This document shows positions 18,216 through 29,802 of a DNA stretch of 37,026 bases, piece after piece. A program made the position numbers and the translations under genes. The stretch is from contig CANQQC010000003.1 in assembly GCA_947625925.1 (NCBI GenBank), positions 1-37,026 on the forward strand, given 5' to 3'. The stretch's first letter is position 1. Every line of letters starts with the position of its first letter. The notes beneath the pieces were generated by a model, which saw only the letters and a list, made by a program, of their open reading frames with translations, searched no databases and was not told the DNA's origin. This DNA is from an uncultured Clostridia bacterium. Its GTDB lineage: Bacteria; Bacillota; Clostridia; TANB77; CAG-508.

Positions 18216-20330
18216 ATGGATAACAAATTTTTAAGATATACCATATCTTTATTTTTATCTTTACTTTTAATTTTAAATATTATTTCACCAGTTATAACAT
18301 ATGCTTTAGCAGATGAAGAAAGTGAAAAAGAAGTAGTTAGTCAAAATAACGAAACTAAAAAAGAAGAAGTATTAGATGGAAATAAAAATCAAGATAAGGA
18401 TATTGAAGAACCAAAACAAGAAAAAGAAGAAAATACTGAAGGTAGTAATGAAGTAAAAGAAAATGAAAATATTATTGAAGAAAATAATGAGAACAATATA
18501 GAGGAAAATACTACAGTAAATGAAGTTGAAAATGAAAGCAAAGCAAAAACATATACTGTTACAAGTGCACCAGAACAAGCTATTTCAACAATATCTGCAA
18601 AATCTACCACACCATCTATTAGATATAGATCACATATACAAGATGTAGGATGGGAAAAAGATAGATCAGATGATGGAGCTACATCAGGATTGGAAGGAAA
18701 GAATAAACAAATTGAAGCAATAAAAATAAGCTTAGCTAATCTTTCAGGAGTAAAAGTTAAATATCAAGTACATGTTGAAAGTATTGGTTGGATGGCATGG
18801 AAAAGTGGGGGAGCAGTAGCAGGAACAACAGGGAAAAATAAACAAGTAGAAGCAATAAAAATTAAGTTACAAACAACTAATAAATATTCAATAAAATATA
18901 GAGTATATGTACAAGATATTGGTTGGACAGATTGGGCATATGATGGAGAAATGGCAGGAACAGAAGGAGAAAACAAACAAATTGAAGCAATTGAGATAAA
19001 ACTAGCTGACAAAAAGCCATCTATTAGATATAGAGCTCATGTACAAGATATAGGATGGGAAAAGAATAGATCAGATGATGGAGAAGTAGCAGGAACAGAA
19101 GGAAAAAATAAGCAAATTGAAGCATTGAAAATAAGTATAACAGATGTTCCAGGAATAAAAGTTAAATATCAAGTACATGTACAAGACATAGGATGGATGG
19201 CATGGAAAAGTGGAGGATCAGTAGCAGGAACAACAGGGAAAAATAAACAAGTAGAAGCAATAAAGATAAAATTAGAAACAAGTAAAACATATTCAGTAAA
19301 ATATAGAGTACATGTACAAGATATAGGATGGATGCCTTGGACTTATGATGGGAATATGGCAGGAACAGAAGGAAAGAATAAACAAGTAGAAGCGATTCAA
19401 ATAAAAATTGTTGATAAAGTAACAGGGGATACTTCACCAAATAGTATAAATGCCATAGATAATTCTAAATATCCAGGATTTAAATCAAGATTACAAGCAG
19501 TTCAAGCTGCTCATCCAAACTGGAATATCAAAGTACAATATGTAGGACTTGATTGGAATACAGTAATAAATGAAGAGTTTAAAGTTGTATCAGGTAGTCC
19601 TAGAAGTTTAACACAAGCACCATATTTAAATGAATGGAAATATAGTGGAGATGATAATAAATATGATGTATCTCAAACTTGGTATAGAGCTTCGAAAAAA
19701 GCAATTGCATATATGATGGATCCAAGAAACAGTTTTGATGATTATATATTCCAATTCCAAAACTTAGAATATACTGCTGAAACTAAAGATGATATTAAAG
19801 GTATGGTTTCAGGATCATTTTTGAATACAACAGAATGTATAAATGCTATATATAAAGCAGCAACCACATATAAAATTAGTGCTTCACATATAGTTTCAAG
19901 AATATTACAAGAGCAAGGTAAAGATGGAAGCGGAATAATGAATGGATATAAATACAATGGAAAGACAGTATATAATTTATTTAATATAAATGTGAGTGGA
20001 AATGGTTCATCAGGAATTAAAAAAGGAGCTAAATATGCAGATGGCAAGAAGTGGTATAGCAGGGCTGCATCAATTATAGGTGGAACAGAGTTCTTAAGTA
20101 CTAATTACATAGAAAAAGGTCAAAACACTTTGTATTATCAAAAATTCAATGTTGTAAGAAAGCCATACTATAATTATCAATACATGCAGAATATAAGAGC
20201 AGCAAATGATGAAGGAAATAAAATATGTAAATTCTATAAAGAATTAGGATTATATGATTCACGTATTTCATTTGTAATACCAATATATGAAAATATGCCA
20301 TCAACAATATCTGCAAGACCAAATCAATAA
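18216..20330 (+). CDS. Secreted ChW-repeat cell-wall hydrolase with a C-terminal glucosaminidase (GH73-like) domain
   Basis: Signal peptide (...TYALA), acidic linker, six ChW repeats, then AYMMDPRN, SRILQEQG, YNLFNI, GQNTLYYQKFN and QYMQNI; ATG 18216 follows AGGAGG. Confidence 0.8.
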   Translation: MDNKFLRYTISLFLSLLLILNIISPVITYALADEESEKEVVSQNNETKKEEVLDGNKNQDKDIEEPKQEKEENTEGSNEVKENENIIEENNENNIEENTTVNEVENESKAKTYTVTSAPEQAISTISAKSTTPSIRYRSHIQDVGWEKDRSDDGATSGLEGKNKQIEAIKISLANLSGVKVKYQVHVESIGWMAWKSGGAVAGTTGKNKQVEAIKIKLQTTNKYSIKYRVYVQDIGWTDWAYDGEMAGTEGENKQIEAIEIKLADKKPSIRYRAHVQDIGWEKNRSDDGEVAGTEGKNKQIEALKISITDVPGIKVKYQVHVQDIGWMAWKSGGSVAGTTGKNKQVEAIKIKLETSKTYSVKYRVHVQDIGWMPWTYDGNMAGTEGKNKQVEAIQIKIVDKVTGDTSPNSINAIDNSKYPGFKSRLQAVQAAHPNWNIKVQYVGLDWNTVINEEFKVVSGSPRSLTQAPYLNEWKYSGDDNKYDVSQTWYRASKKAIAYMMDPRNSFDDYIFQFQNLEYTAETKDDIKGMVSGSFLNTTECINAIYKAATTYKISASHIVSRILQEQGKDGSGIMNGYKYNGKTVYNLFNINVSGNGSSGIKKGAKYADGKKWYSRAASIIGGTEFLSTNYIEKGQNTLYYQKFNVVRKPYYNYQYMQNIRAANDEGNKICKFYKELGLYDSRISFVIPIYENMPSTISARPNQ
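18612..19421 (+). repeat. Tandem duplication of a 405-bp ChW triplet
   Basis: CCATCTATTAGATATAGA at 18612 and 19017; near-identical 135 aa units. Confidence 0.85.
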
Positions 20331-20348
20331 AAAATGTATATACTTATG

Positions 20349-20378
20349 AAAAGTACAAGTTAAAGCTTGTACTTTTTT
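20349..20378 (+). terminator. Intrinsic terminator
   Basis: AAAAGTACAAG-TTAAAG-CTTGTACTTTT(TT). Confidence 0.8.
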
Positions 20379-20395
20379 AGTTTAGATGATATGAT
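20367..20395 (+). promoter_or_regulatory. SigA promoter overlapping the terminator
   Basis: TTGTAC-17 bp-TATGAT with extended TG at 20387-20388. Confidence 0.55.
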
Positions 20396-20423
20396 ATAAG
20401 CAATTGGGGAGGAGAAGAGATAA

Positions 20424-21359
20424 ATGAATAAAATATCAGTCGTAATACCTATGTACTATGAAGAAAAGGTTGCAAAGGAATGTTACAAAAGAGTTAGTAG
20501 TTGTTTAAATAAAATAGAAAATTATGAAAATGAAATAATATTTGTAAATGATGGAAGTAAAGATAAAACACTAGAAATTTTAGAAGAAATAGCAAAAAAA
20601 AATAAGAATGTAAAAATAATATCTTTTTCTCGAAACTTTGGTCACCAAGCAGCAGTAACAGCAGGACTAAAATATGTAACTGGTGATGCTATAGTTATAA
20701 TGGACGCAGATTTACAAGATCCACCAGAACTAATACCTGAAATGATAAAATTATGGGAAGATGGTAATGAAGTAATATATGGAAAGAGAAAATCAAGAGA
20801 AGGAGAATCAGCATTTAAATTATTAACAGCGAAGATGTTTTATAAAGCTTTAAATTCATTATCAGATGTAGAAATCCCAAAAGATACAGGAGATTTTAGA
20901 TTAGTTGATAAAAAAGTTGTACAAACAATAAATGAAATGCCAGAACATAATAAGTTTTTAAGAGGTTTATTTAGTTGGGTTGGATATAAACAAATTGCAT
21001 ATGAATATGAGAGAAAAGAAAGATTTGCAGGTGAAACAAAATATCCATTAAGCAAAATGTTAAAGTTAGCATCAGATGGAATAATAAGTTTTTCAAAAAA
21101 ACCGTTAAAGATTATGGGAACAATAGGAATATTCTCTATAGTAATATCTATTCTAATTCTTATATATACTATTGTTTCATATATATTTAAATTAAACCAC
21201 TTATCAGCAGGATGGACATCAATCATGATAACTGTAACCTTTTTCTCAGGAGTACAGCTATTATCAATGTGGATTTTATCTGAATATGTTGGAAGAATTT
21301 ATGACGAATCAAAAAATAGACCTCAATACATAATAGACAAAAAGATAAATACAAAATAA
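20424..21359 (+). CDS. GT2 bactoprenol glycosyltransferase (GtrB/YkcC-like)
   Basis: FSRNFGHQAA, MDADLQDPP, DTGDFRL and FLRGLFSWVG motifs; two C-terminal TM helices; EYVGRIYDE. Confidence 0.92.
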   Translation: MNKISVVIPMYYEEKVAKECYKRVSSCLNKIENYENEIIFVNDGSKDKTLEILEEIAKKNKNVKIISFSRNFGHQAAVTAGLKYVTGDAIVIMDADLQDPPELIPEMIKLWEDGNEVIYGKRKSREGESAFKLLTAKMFYKALNSLSDVEIPKDTGDFRLVDKKVVQTINEMPEHNKFLRGLFSWVGYKQIAYEYERKERFAGETKYPLSKMLKLASDGIISFSKKPLKIMGTIGIFSIVISILILIYTIVSYIFKLNHLSAGWTSIMITVTFFSGVQLLSMWILSEYVGRIYDESKNRPQYIIDKKINTK

Positions 21360-21363
21360 TAAC

Positions 21364-21392
21364 TTGAGTTTTTTTGCATTAAATGTTATGAT
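21364..21392 (+). promoter_or_regulatory. SigA promoter of rmlDACB-obgE
   Basis: TTGAGT-17 bp-TATGAT with extended TG. Confidence 0.6.
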
Positions 21393-21450
21393 ACGATATG
21401 GTTAAAGGAAAATATTAGAAGAAAAACTTTGAAGGGAAGTGTAAAAATAT

Positions 21451-22299
21451 ATGAAAATATTGATTACAGGTGCGAAAGGAATGCTTGCACAAGCGGTAAA
21501 AGCAAAATTCGAAAAAGAAAATGAAGTTATATGTACAGATGTTGCAGAATTAGATATAACTGATGAAAATGCTGTAATTGAATATGTGAAAGAAATAAAA
21601 CCAGACTATATAATGAATTGTGCAGCATATACAGCTGTTGATAATGCAGAAGATAATGAACCTTTAGCAGATAAAATAAATGGGGATGGACCAGGAAACT
21701 TAGCAAAAGCTGCAAAAATAGTTGATGCTACTTTAGTACACATTTCAACAGATTATGTATTTTCTGGGGATTTAGAACTAGAAAAATCTTATACAGAAGA
21801 TGATAAGGTTGGACCTGTAACTGCTTATGGAAGAACAAAATTACATGGAGAAGAAGCTGTAAAAAATAATACTGATAAGTATTATATATTTAGAACAGCA
21901 TGGCTATATGGTGAAGGTAAGAATTTTATAAGAACAATGACAGGACTTGGTAAAACACATGATGAAGTAAAAGTTGTTATGGATCAACACGGAAGTCCAA
22001 CTTATACAGAAGATTTAACTAACATAATTTATCAAGCTGTAAAAAAGAATATACCTTATGGAGTATATCATTCAACAAATCAAGGATTTACAACTTGGTA
22101 TGAATTTACACAAGAATTTTTCAAAATGCAAGATATAAATTGCAAAATAACACCTGTAACTTCAGAAGAATTTAAGAGTAAAGCACATAGACCTGCAAAC
22201 TCACAATTATCAAAAGACAAGCTATTAAATCTAGGAATTGAAATACCAACATGGCAAGATGCTGTGAAAAGATATTTAGAAGTGGAAAATAATATATAA
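21451..22299 (+). CDS. rmlD: dTDP-4-dehydrorhamnose reductase
   Basis: [25 protein letters not shown] and YGRTK motifs. Confidence 0.95.
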   Translation: MKILITGAKGMLAQAVKAKFEKENEVICTDVAELDITDENAVIEYVKEIKPDYIMNCAAYTAVDNAEDNEPLADKINGDGPGNLAKAAKIVDATLVHISTDYVFSGDLELEKSYTEDDKVGPVTAYGRTKLHGEEAVKNNTDKYYIFRTAWLYGEGKNFIRTMTGLGKTHDEVKVVMDQHGSPTYTEDLTNIIYQAVKKNIPYGVYHSTNQGFTTWYEFTQEFFKMQDINCKITPVTSEEFKSKAHRPANSQLSKDKLLNLGIEIPTWQDAVKRYLEVENNI

Positions 22300-22318
22300 A
22301 AGAAAGGAAGTAAAAAAT

Positions 22319-23191
22319 ATGAAAAACAGAAAAGGAATTATTTTAGCAGGAGGAAGCGGAACAAGATTATATCCATTAACACATGCAATTTCAAAACAAA
22401 TTATGCCAGTATATGATAAACCAATGATTTATTATCCATTGTCAGTGCTAATGGAGGCTAATATTAGAGAAGTTCTAATTATATCAACACCAAGAGATGT
22501 GTTAGTATTTAAGGAACTACTTGGAGATGGATCTCAATGGGGAATGAATTTTGAATATAAAGTTCAAGAAAAACCAAATGGATTAGCAGAAGCTTTTGTA
22601 ATTGGAGAAGATTTTATAGGACAAGACAATGTTGCTATGATATTAGGAGATAATATGTTTTATGGATCACATCTTTCTGAGATGTTAAGAAAAGCAAATG
22701 AAAGAGAAAATGAAGCTACAATATTTGGGTATGAAGTTAAAGATCCGAGAGCATATGGTGTTGTTGAAATAGATGAAGAAGGAAAAGCAATTTCGATTGA
22801 AGAAAAACCAGAAAAACCAAAATCTAATTTTGCAGTTCCAGGACTATATTTCTATACAAATGATGTAATAGAAATATCAAAAGGTATTAAACCATCAGCA
22901 AGAGGAGAATTAGAAATTACATCTGTAAATGAAGAATATATGAATAGAAATAAATTATATGTTGAGACTTTTGGAAGAGGAATGACATGGTTTGATACAG
23001 GAACACATGATGCATTAATAGAAACAGCAAGTTTTGTTCAAACAATTGAAAAAAGACAAGGAATGCAAGTATGTTGCCCAGAAGAAATAGCTTATCAAAA
23101 AGGTTGGATTACAGCAGAGCAATTATCAGTTCTAGCAGATAAATATATGAAAACAGACTATGGAAAATATTTAAAAGATTTAATAAAATAA
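22319..23191 (+). CDS. rmlA: Glucose-1-phosphate thymidylyltransferase
   Basis: [32 protein letters not shown] and SARGELEIT motifs. Confidence 0.97.
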   Translation: MKNRKGIILAGGSGTRLYPLTHAISKQIMPVYDKPMIYYPLSVLMEANIREVLIISTPRDVLVFKELLGDGSQWGMNFEYKVQEKPNGLAEAFVIGEDFIGQDNVAMILGDNMFYGSHLSEMLRKANERENEATIFGYEVKDPRAYGVVEIDEEGKAISIEEKPEKPKSNFAVPGLYFYTNDVIEISKGIKPSARGELEITSVNEEYMNRNKLYVETFGRGMTWFDTGTHDALIETASFVQTIEKRQGMQVCCPEEIAYQKGWITAEQLSVLADKYMKTDYGKYLKDLIK

Positions 23192-23234
23192 AGCTTTTAT
23201 TAGACATGCTAAAAAAGAAAGGAGAGAAGAAAAA

Positions 23235-23813
23235 GTGGGTAAATTCAAAAAAATAGATACATCAATCGAAGGTGTTTATGTAATAGAACCTACAGTTTTT
23301 GGAGATAATAGAGGTTACTTCATGGAAACATATAGCACTCAAGAATTTAAAGAGATTGGATTAAATTATAATTTTGTACAAGATAATCAATCAAAATCAA
23401 AAAAAGGAGTTTTGAGAGGATTACATTTCCAAAAAGAAAATTCTCAAGCAAAATTGGTTAGATGTATAAAAGGAGAAGTTTTTGATGTAGCGGTTGATTT
23501 AAGACCAGGAAGCAAAACTTATGGTAAATGGGAAGGTGTTATACTTTCTGAAGAAAATAAGAAAATGTTTATGATACCTAGAGGATTTGCTCATGGATTC
23601 TTAGTATTATCTGAAGAAGCTGAATTCACATATAAATGTGATGATGTATATAATCACGAAGCTGAAGGTGGATTAGCATGGAATGATCCAGATGTAAATA
23701 TTGATTGGCCTTTAGGGGAAATGTCTGTTAATGACTTACTAACTTCAGAAAAAGATGCTAAATGGCCAACATTAGAAGAATTAAGAAATACAGATTTGTT
23801 TAAAAATTTATAA
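23235..23813 (+). CDS. rmlC: dTDP-4-dehydrorhamnose 3,5-epimerase
   Basis: FGDNRGYFME, VLRGLHFQ, DVAVDLR and GFAHGF motifs; GTG start. Confidence 0.97.
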   Translation: MGKFKKIDTSIEGVYVIEPTVFGDNRGYFMETYSTQEFKEIGLNYNFVQDNQSKSKKGVLRGLHFQKENSQAKLVRCIKGEVFDVAVDLRPGSKTYGKWEGVILSEENKKMFMIPRGFAHGFLVLSEEAEFTYKCDDVYNHEAEGGLAWNDPDVNIDWPLGEMSVNDLLTSEKDAKWPTLEELRNTDLFKNL

Positions 23814-23831
23814 AAGGAAGGAACAATTAAA

Positions 23832-26091
<2,260 letters not shown>

Positions 26092-26122
26092 ATTATCATA
26101 ATTAAAAAATATATAATTAGTC

Positions 26123-26151
26123 TTGCATAAATTTAAGTTTATGGTTATAAT
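26123..26151 (+). promoter_or_regulatory. SigA promoter of hpf
   Basis: TTGCAT-17 bp-TATAAT. Confidence 0.75.
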
Positions 26152-26187
26152 GTGAAAGTAAAACAAAAAAGAAAGAGGTAGAGAATT

Positions 26188-26712
26188 ATGAAGATAAATA
26201 CAGTTGGAAAAGAAATTGAAGTAACAGGTGCAATAAATGACTATGTAGAAAAAAAGTTAGCTAGAATAGAAAAATATTTTGATGAAGCTACAGCTGATGT
26301 AACTTTAAAAGTACAAAAAAATGAACAAACAGCTGAAATACATGTAACTTCAAAAGGAGAAAAATATAGAGCAGTAACAGAAGATAAAGATTTATATGCT
26401 GCTATTGATAAAGATATAGACATTTTAGAAGGACAAATTAGAAAAACAAAAACAAAAAAAGAAAAAATGATGAGAGAAGCAAGTATAAAATCTTTAGAAG
26501 TTGAAAAAGAAACACCAGAAATAGTAAATGAAATTGTAAAAACTTCTTACTATGAAATAAAACCAATAACACCTGAAGATGCAGTATTAGAATTGCAAGA
26601 AAGACCAACACATACTTTCTTAGCTTTTATAAACGTAGAAACAGGAAAAGTAAATGTAATTCATAAGTTAAAAGATGGAAAAAATTATGGTTTAATAGAA
26701 CCAGAAGCTTAA
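26188..26712 (+). CDS. hpf: Ribosome hibernation promoting factor (long HPF/RaiA)
   Basis: IEVTGAINDYVEKKL, DLYAAID...LEGQIRK and the C-terminal KPITPEDAV...NYGLIEP domain. Confidence 0.93.
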   Translation: MKINTVGKEIEVTGAINDYVEKKLARIEKYFDEATADVTLKVQKNEQTAEIHVTSKGEKYRAVTEDKDLYAAIDKDIDILEGQIRKTKTKKEKMMREASIKSLEVEKETPEIVNEIVKTSYYEIKPITPEDAVLELQERPTHTFLAFINVETGKVNVIHKLKDGKNYGLIEPEA

Positions 26713-26720
26713 TATAAAAT

Positions 26721-26748
26721 AAAGGCAGGAGTGTATCTTCTGCCTTTT
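26721..26748 (+). terminator. Intrinsic terminator after hpf
   Basis: AAAGGCAGGAG-TGTAT-CTTCTGCCTTTT. Confidence 0.85.
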
Positions 26749-26760
26749 AATAGGGTTGTT

Positions 26761-26788
26761 TTGTTATATGTAAAAAATATGATATAAT
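26761..26788 (+). promoter_or_regulatory. SigA promoter of the oxidoreductase
   Basis: TTGTTA-16 bp-TATAAT with extended TG. Confidence 0.5.
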
Positions 26789-26814
26789 TATAGCTGATAA
26801 GGGAGGAATGGCTA

Positions 26815-28263
26815 ATGAATAAAAAATATGATGTAATAGTAGTTGGAGCTGGACCAGGAGGAGTATTCTTAGCATATGAACTAATACAAAAGAAAAAATT
26901 AAAAAATATTCTTTTAATTGAACAAGGAAAGAAAGTTGAAGATAGAGTTTGTCCTATAGAAAAAGGTGGAATATGCCCAAAATGTAAACCTTTTTGTAAT
27001 ATAACAAGTGGATTCTCAGGAGCAGGAGCTTTTTCTGATGGAAAATTATCTTTATATAATCCAGATGATGATGAAATACATATTGGTGGAGATTTACATA
27101 GATATATTGGTGTTGAGGAAACAAAGAAATTAATAGATTATACAGATAAAGTATATTTAGATTTTGGAGCTGATACTCAATTAGAAGGAACTAAATTTAA
27201 AAAAGAAGTAAAAGAAATATATAATAAAGCTAAAAGAGAAAATATAACTTTAATTGATATACCAATTAGACATTTAGGAACTGAAAAAAGTCATGAATTA
27301 TACGGAAGAATAGAACACTATCTATTAGATAATGGTATAGAAATGTTATTTGAAACAAAAGTAGCTGATATAATTGTAGAAGACAAAAAAGTAAAAGGTG
27401 TGAAAATTAAACCAGCTAAATATGAACAAGATGAGGAGTTTGATGATTTTGAAGAAATAATGGCTGACAATGTTGTTTTAGCTGTTGGAAGAAAAGGTGC
27501 TAATTGGTTAGTAAATTTATGTAATAAACATGAGATAAAAACTGAAACTGGAATAGTTGATATTGGAATTAGATATGAATTACCTGATGAAATAATGAAA
27601 GATATAAATAAATATATGTATGAAGGAAAATTCATAGGAAGAGTTGGACCTTTTAAAGACAAAGTTAGAACATTTTGTCAAAATCCAAGCGGTTTTGTAT
27701 CTACAGAAGTATATGATAATGATATAGCATTAGTTAATGGGCATTCATACAAAGAAAAGAAAAGTACAAATACAAACCTTGCTATATTAGTATCTCATAG
27801 GTTTAACTATCCATTTAATAAACCAATAGAATATGGTAGAAATGTTGCAAAAAATTTAAATGAATTAGGTGCTGGAAATATAGTTGTTCAAAGATTAGGA
27901 GATATATATAGAGGAAAGAGAACATGGGAAGAAGAATTAAAAAATAATAAAGTTGTTCCAACTCTTAAGTCAGCAGTTGCAGGAGATATTACTTTTGCAT
28001 TAGGATATAGAACAATGACAGCAATACTTGAATTTATTAGAGCTTTAGATAAAGTAGTTGAAGGTTTTGCAAATCCAGAAAACTTATTATATGGGCCTGA
28101 AATAAAATTCTATAGTAACCAAATTGTTATTGATGAGAATTTTGAAACAAGTATAAAAGGATTGTATTCAATAGGTGATGGTGGGGGAATGACAAGAGGA
28201 CTAATGATGGCTTCGTGTTCAGGTATCCAAATGGCTAGAATATTATCTAATAAAAATAGTTAA
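26815..28263 (+). CDS. NAD(P)/FAD-dependent oxidoreductase (uncharacterised COG2509-like family)
   Basis: VVGAGPGG Rossmann motif, Cys cluster, GAGAFSDGKL, RTFCQNP, VNGHS and IGDGGG motifs. Confidence 0.85.
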   Translation: MNKKYDVIVVGAGPGGVFLAYELIQKKKLKNILLIEQGKKVEDRVCPIEKGGICPKCKPFCNITSGFSGAGAFSDGKLSLYNPDDDEIHIGGDLHRYIGVEETKKLIDYTDKVYLDFGADTQLEGTKFKKEVKEIYNKAKRENITLIDIPIRHLGTEKSHELYGRIEHYLLDNGIEMLFETKVADIIVEDKKVKGVKIKPAKYEQDEEFDDFEEIMADNVVLAVGRKGANWLVNLCNKHEIKTETGIVDIGIRYELPDEIMKDINKYMYEGKFIGRVGPFKDKVRTFCQNPSGFVSTEVYDNDIALVNGHSYKEKKSTNTNLAILVSHRFNYPFNKPIEYGRNVAKNLNELGAGNIVVQRLGDIYRGKRTWEEELKNNKVVPTLKSAVAGDITFALGYRTMTAILEFIRALDKVVEGFANPENLLYGPEIKFYSNQIVIDENFETSIKGLYSIGDGGGMTRGLMMASCSGIQMARILSNKNS

Positions 28264-28274
28264 AATTTAATAAT

Positions 28275-28306
28275 AAAGAAGGCAGGAAATCAAATCCTGC
28301 CTTTAT
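28275..28306. terminator. Bidirectional terminator between convergent genes
   Basis: AAGGCAGGA-AATCAAA-TCCTGCCTT with A- and T-rich flanks. Confidence 0.75.
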
Positions 28307-28374
28307 ATGTATATAAAAACAAAATTTAACTTCCTGCTATAAGAAATCAATTATAAATTGTTAAAAATAAAAAA

Positions 28375-28572
28375 CTATTTCATGTTGTTTTCAGCTTGTT
28401 CAATCATTTTCTTAACCATTTGTCCACCTATTCTTCCTGCGTCTCTAGCTGATATATCTCCATTGTAACCATCTTTTAAATTAACACCAACTTCACTAGC
28501 TACTTCATATTTGAATTTGTCTAATGCGTCCATAGCTTCTGGAACTAATTTTTTGTTACTGTAGTTTGCCAT
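28375..28572 (-). CDS. Alpha/beta-type small acid-soluble spore protein
   Basis: LVPEA..ALDKFKYEVASEVGV...G.ISARDAGRIGGQMVKKMI; RBS AGGAGGTG. Confidence 0.95.
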   Translation of the reverse strand: MANYSNKKLVPEAMDALDKFKYEVASEVGVNLKDGYNGDISARDAGRIGGQMVKKMIEQAENNMK

Positions 28573-28599
28573 TGTTTTTCACCTCCTGCTAATATTAAC

Positions 28600-28624
28600 A
28601 TTAGAAAAACTATGTTTTTCTAAT
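28600..28624 (-). promoter_or_regulatory. Perfect 11-bp inverted repeat upstream of the SASP RBS, next to a CATAGTA forespore-type -10
   Basis: ATTAGAAAAAC-TAT-GTTTTTCTAAT; CATAGTA on the - strand at 28624-28630; no convincing -35. Confidence 0.5.
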
Positions 28625-28785
28625 ACTATGATTTGCAATTATGAAAAAAATAAACTGGTAATTTTTACAAAAATAAATAATATTTTTTATAATAATAAGT
28701 TTATCCAAATTTAAAAAACAAATACAAAGTATTGAAAAAAAAATAACAAAAATATATAATACAAAAATGAAAAAAGGAGAAAAAA

Positions 28786-29655
28786 ATGTATAAACTTGTC
28801 GCAATAGATTTAGATGGAACTATGTTAAATAGTTATGGAATGGTAGAAGAAGAAACAAAAAAAGATTTGAAATATTCAATGAGTAAAGGAGCTAAAATAA
28901 TAATTGCATCAGGAAGACCTATTGGATCAATAAAAACAATTGCAAAAGAAATTGGATGTGATGAATATTTTATAGCGGGAAATGGTTCTGTAATTTATGA
29001 TTTAAAAAGAGATGAAATAATATATAAAAAGTACATGTCAAAAGAAAAAGTTCTAGAAATAATAAAATTGTGTGAAGAAAATAGTATCTCATATAATGTA
29101 TATACAGATAAGACAATTCTTGCAACTTCTTTAAAATATAATGTTTTGTATTACCATAAGGAAAATTTAAAAAAAGAAGAAAGTAAAAGAACAAACATAC
29201 TATTAGTTGAAAATATGTATAAATATATAGATGAGATGGAAGAAGAAAATTTTTTAAAAATTACAATTTGTGATAGTACACAAGTTATTTTCCAATCAAT
29301 AATGAAAAAATTAAAACAAATACAAAATATACAAGTTTTAGATATATCACATATGTCAAGAAAAGTAATAAAGCAAGGAACAGAAGAAGTACCAATAGAA
29401 TATTTCTATACAGAGATTACTAGTGATGAGGTTGACAAATGGTATGCAATAGAAAATTTAATTGAAAAATTAGGAATTAAAAAAGAAGAAGTTATGGCAA
29501 TTGGAGATAATATAAATGATAAAATGATGATTGAAAAAGCTGGAATGGGAATTTCTATGAAAGGAAGTGAGCCTTCTGTAGAAAATGTATCTAATTATGT
29601 GACTGAAGGGAACAATGAAAATGGCGTAGGAAAAGCTCTAAAAAAATTTATTTAA
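28786..29655 (+). CDS. Cof-type HAD-IIB hydrolase
   Basis: AIDLDGT, ASGR, AGNG, VDK and IGDNIND motifs. Confidence 0.93.
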   Translation: MYKLVAIDLDGTMLNSYGMVEEETKKDLKYSMSKGAKIIIASGRPIGSIKTIAKEIGCDEYFIAGNGSVIYDLKRDEIIYKKYMSKEKVLEIIKLCEENSISYNVYTDKTILATSLKYNVLYYHKENLKKEESKRTNILLVENMYKYIDEMEEENFLKITICDSTQVIFQSIMKKLKQIQNIQVLDISHMSRKVIKQGTEEVPIEYFYTEITSDEVDKWYAIENLIEKLGIKKEEVMAIGDNINDKMMIEKAGMGISMKGSEPSVENVSNYVTEGNNENGVGKALKKFI

Positions 29656-29663
29656 AGACAAAT

Positions 29664-29702
29664 ATTACAATTATATTACAAATATATGAAAAAAAAATTA
29701 CA
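29664..29702. promoter_or_regulatory. Phased ATTACA direct repeats (OmpR-family/WalR-like site)
   Basis: ATTACA at 29664, 29675 and 29697 (11 and 22 bp apart); the reverse strand reads TGTAAT-N5-TGTAAT. Confidence 0.55.
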
Positions 29703-29715
29703 AGTGCGTATTTTG

Positions 29716-29744
29716 TTGCTTTTAGACAATAATTGCGTTAAAAT
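29716..29744 (+). promoter_or_regulatory. SigA promoter of the Tad-like operon
   Basis: TTGCTT-17 bp-TAAAAT. Confidence 0.55.
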
Positions 29745-29802
29745 AAAATAGAAAATATTTTGATATAAATATAAAAATAAACAATAAAGGGAGGAATTTG
29801 AA

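Noticed and set aside
16845-19421. Regularly spaced DNA repeats as a possible CRISPR array
   Set aside because: The repeats are in-frame, degenerate at third positions and encode ChW units; no cas genes.
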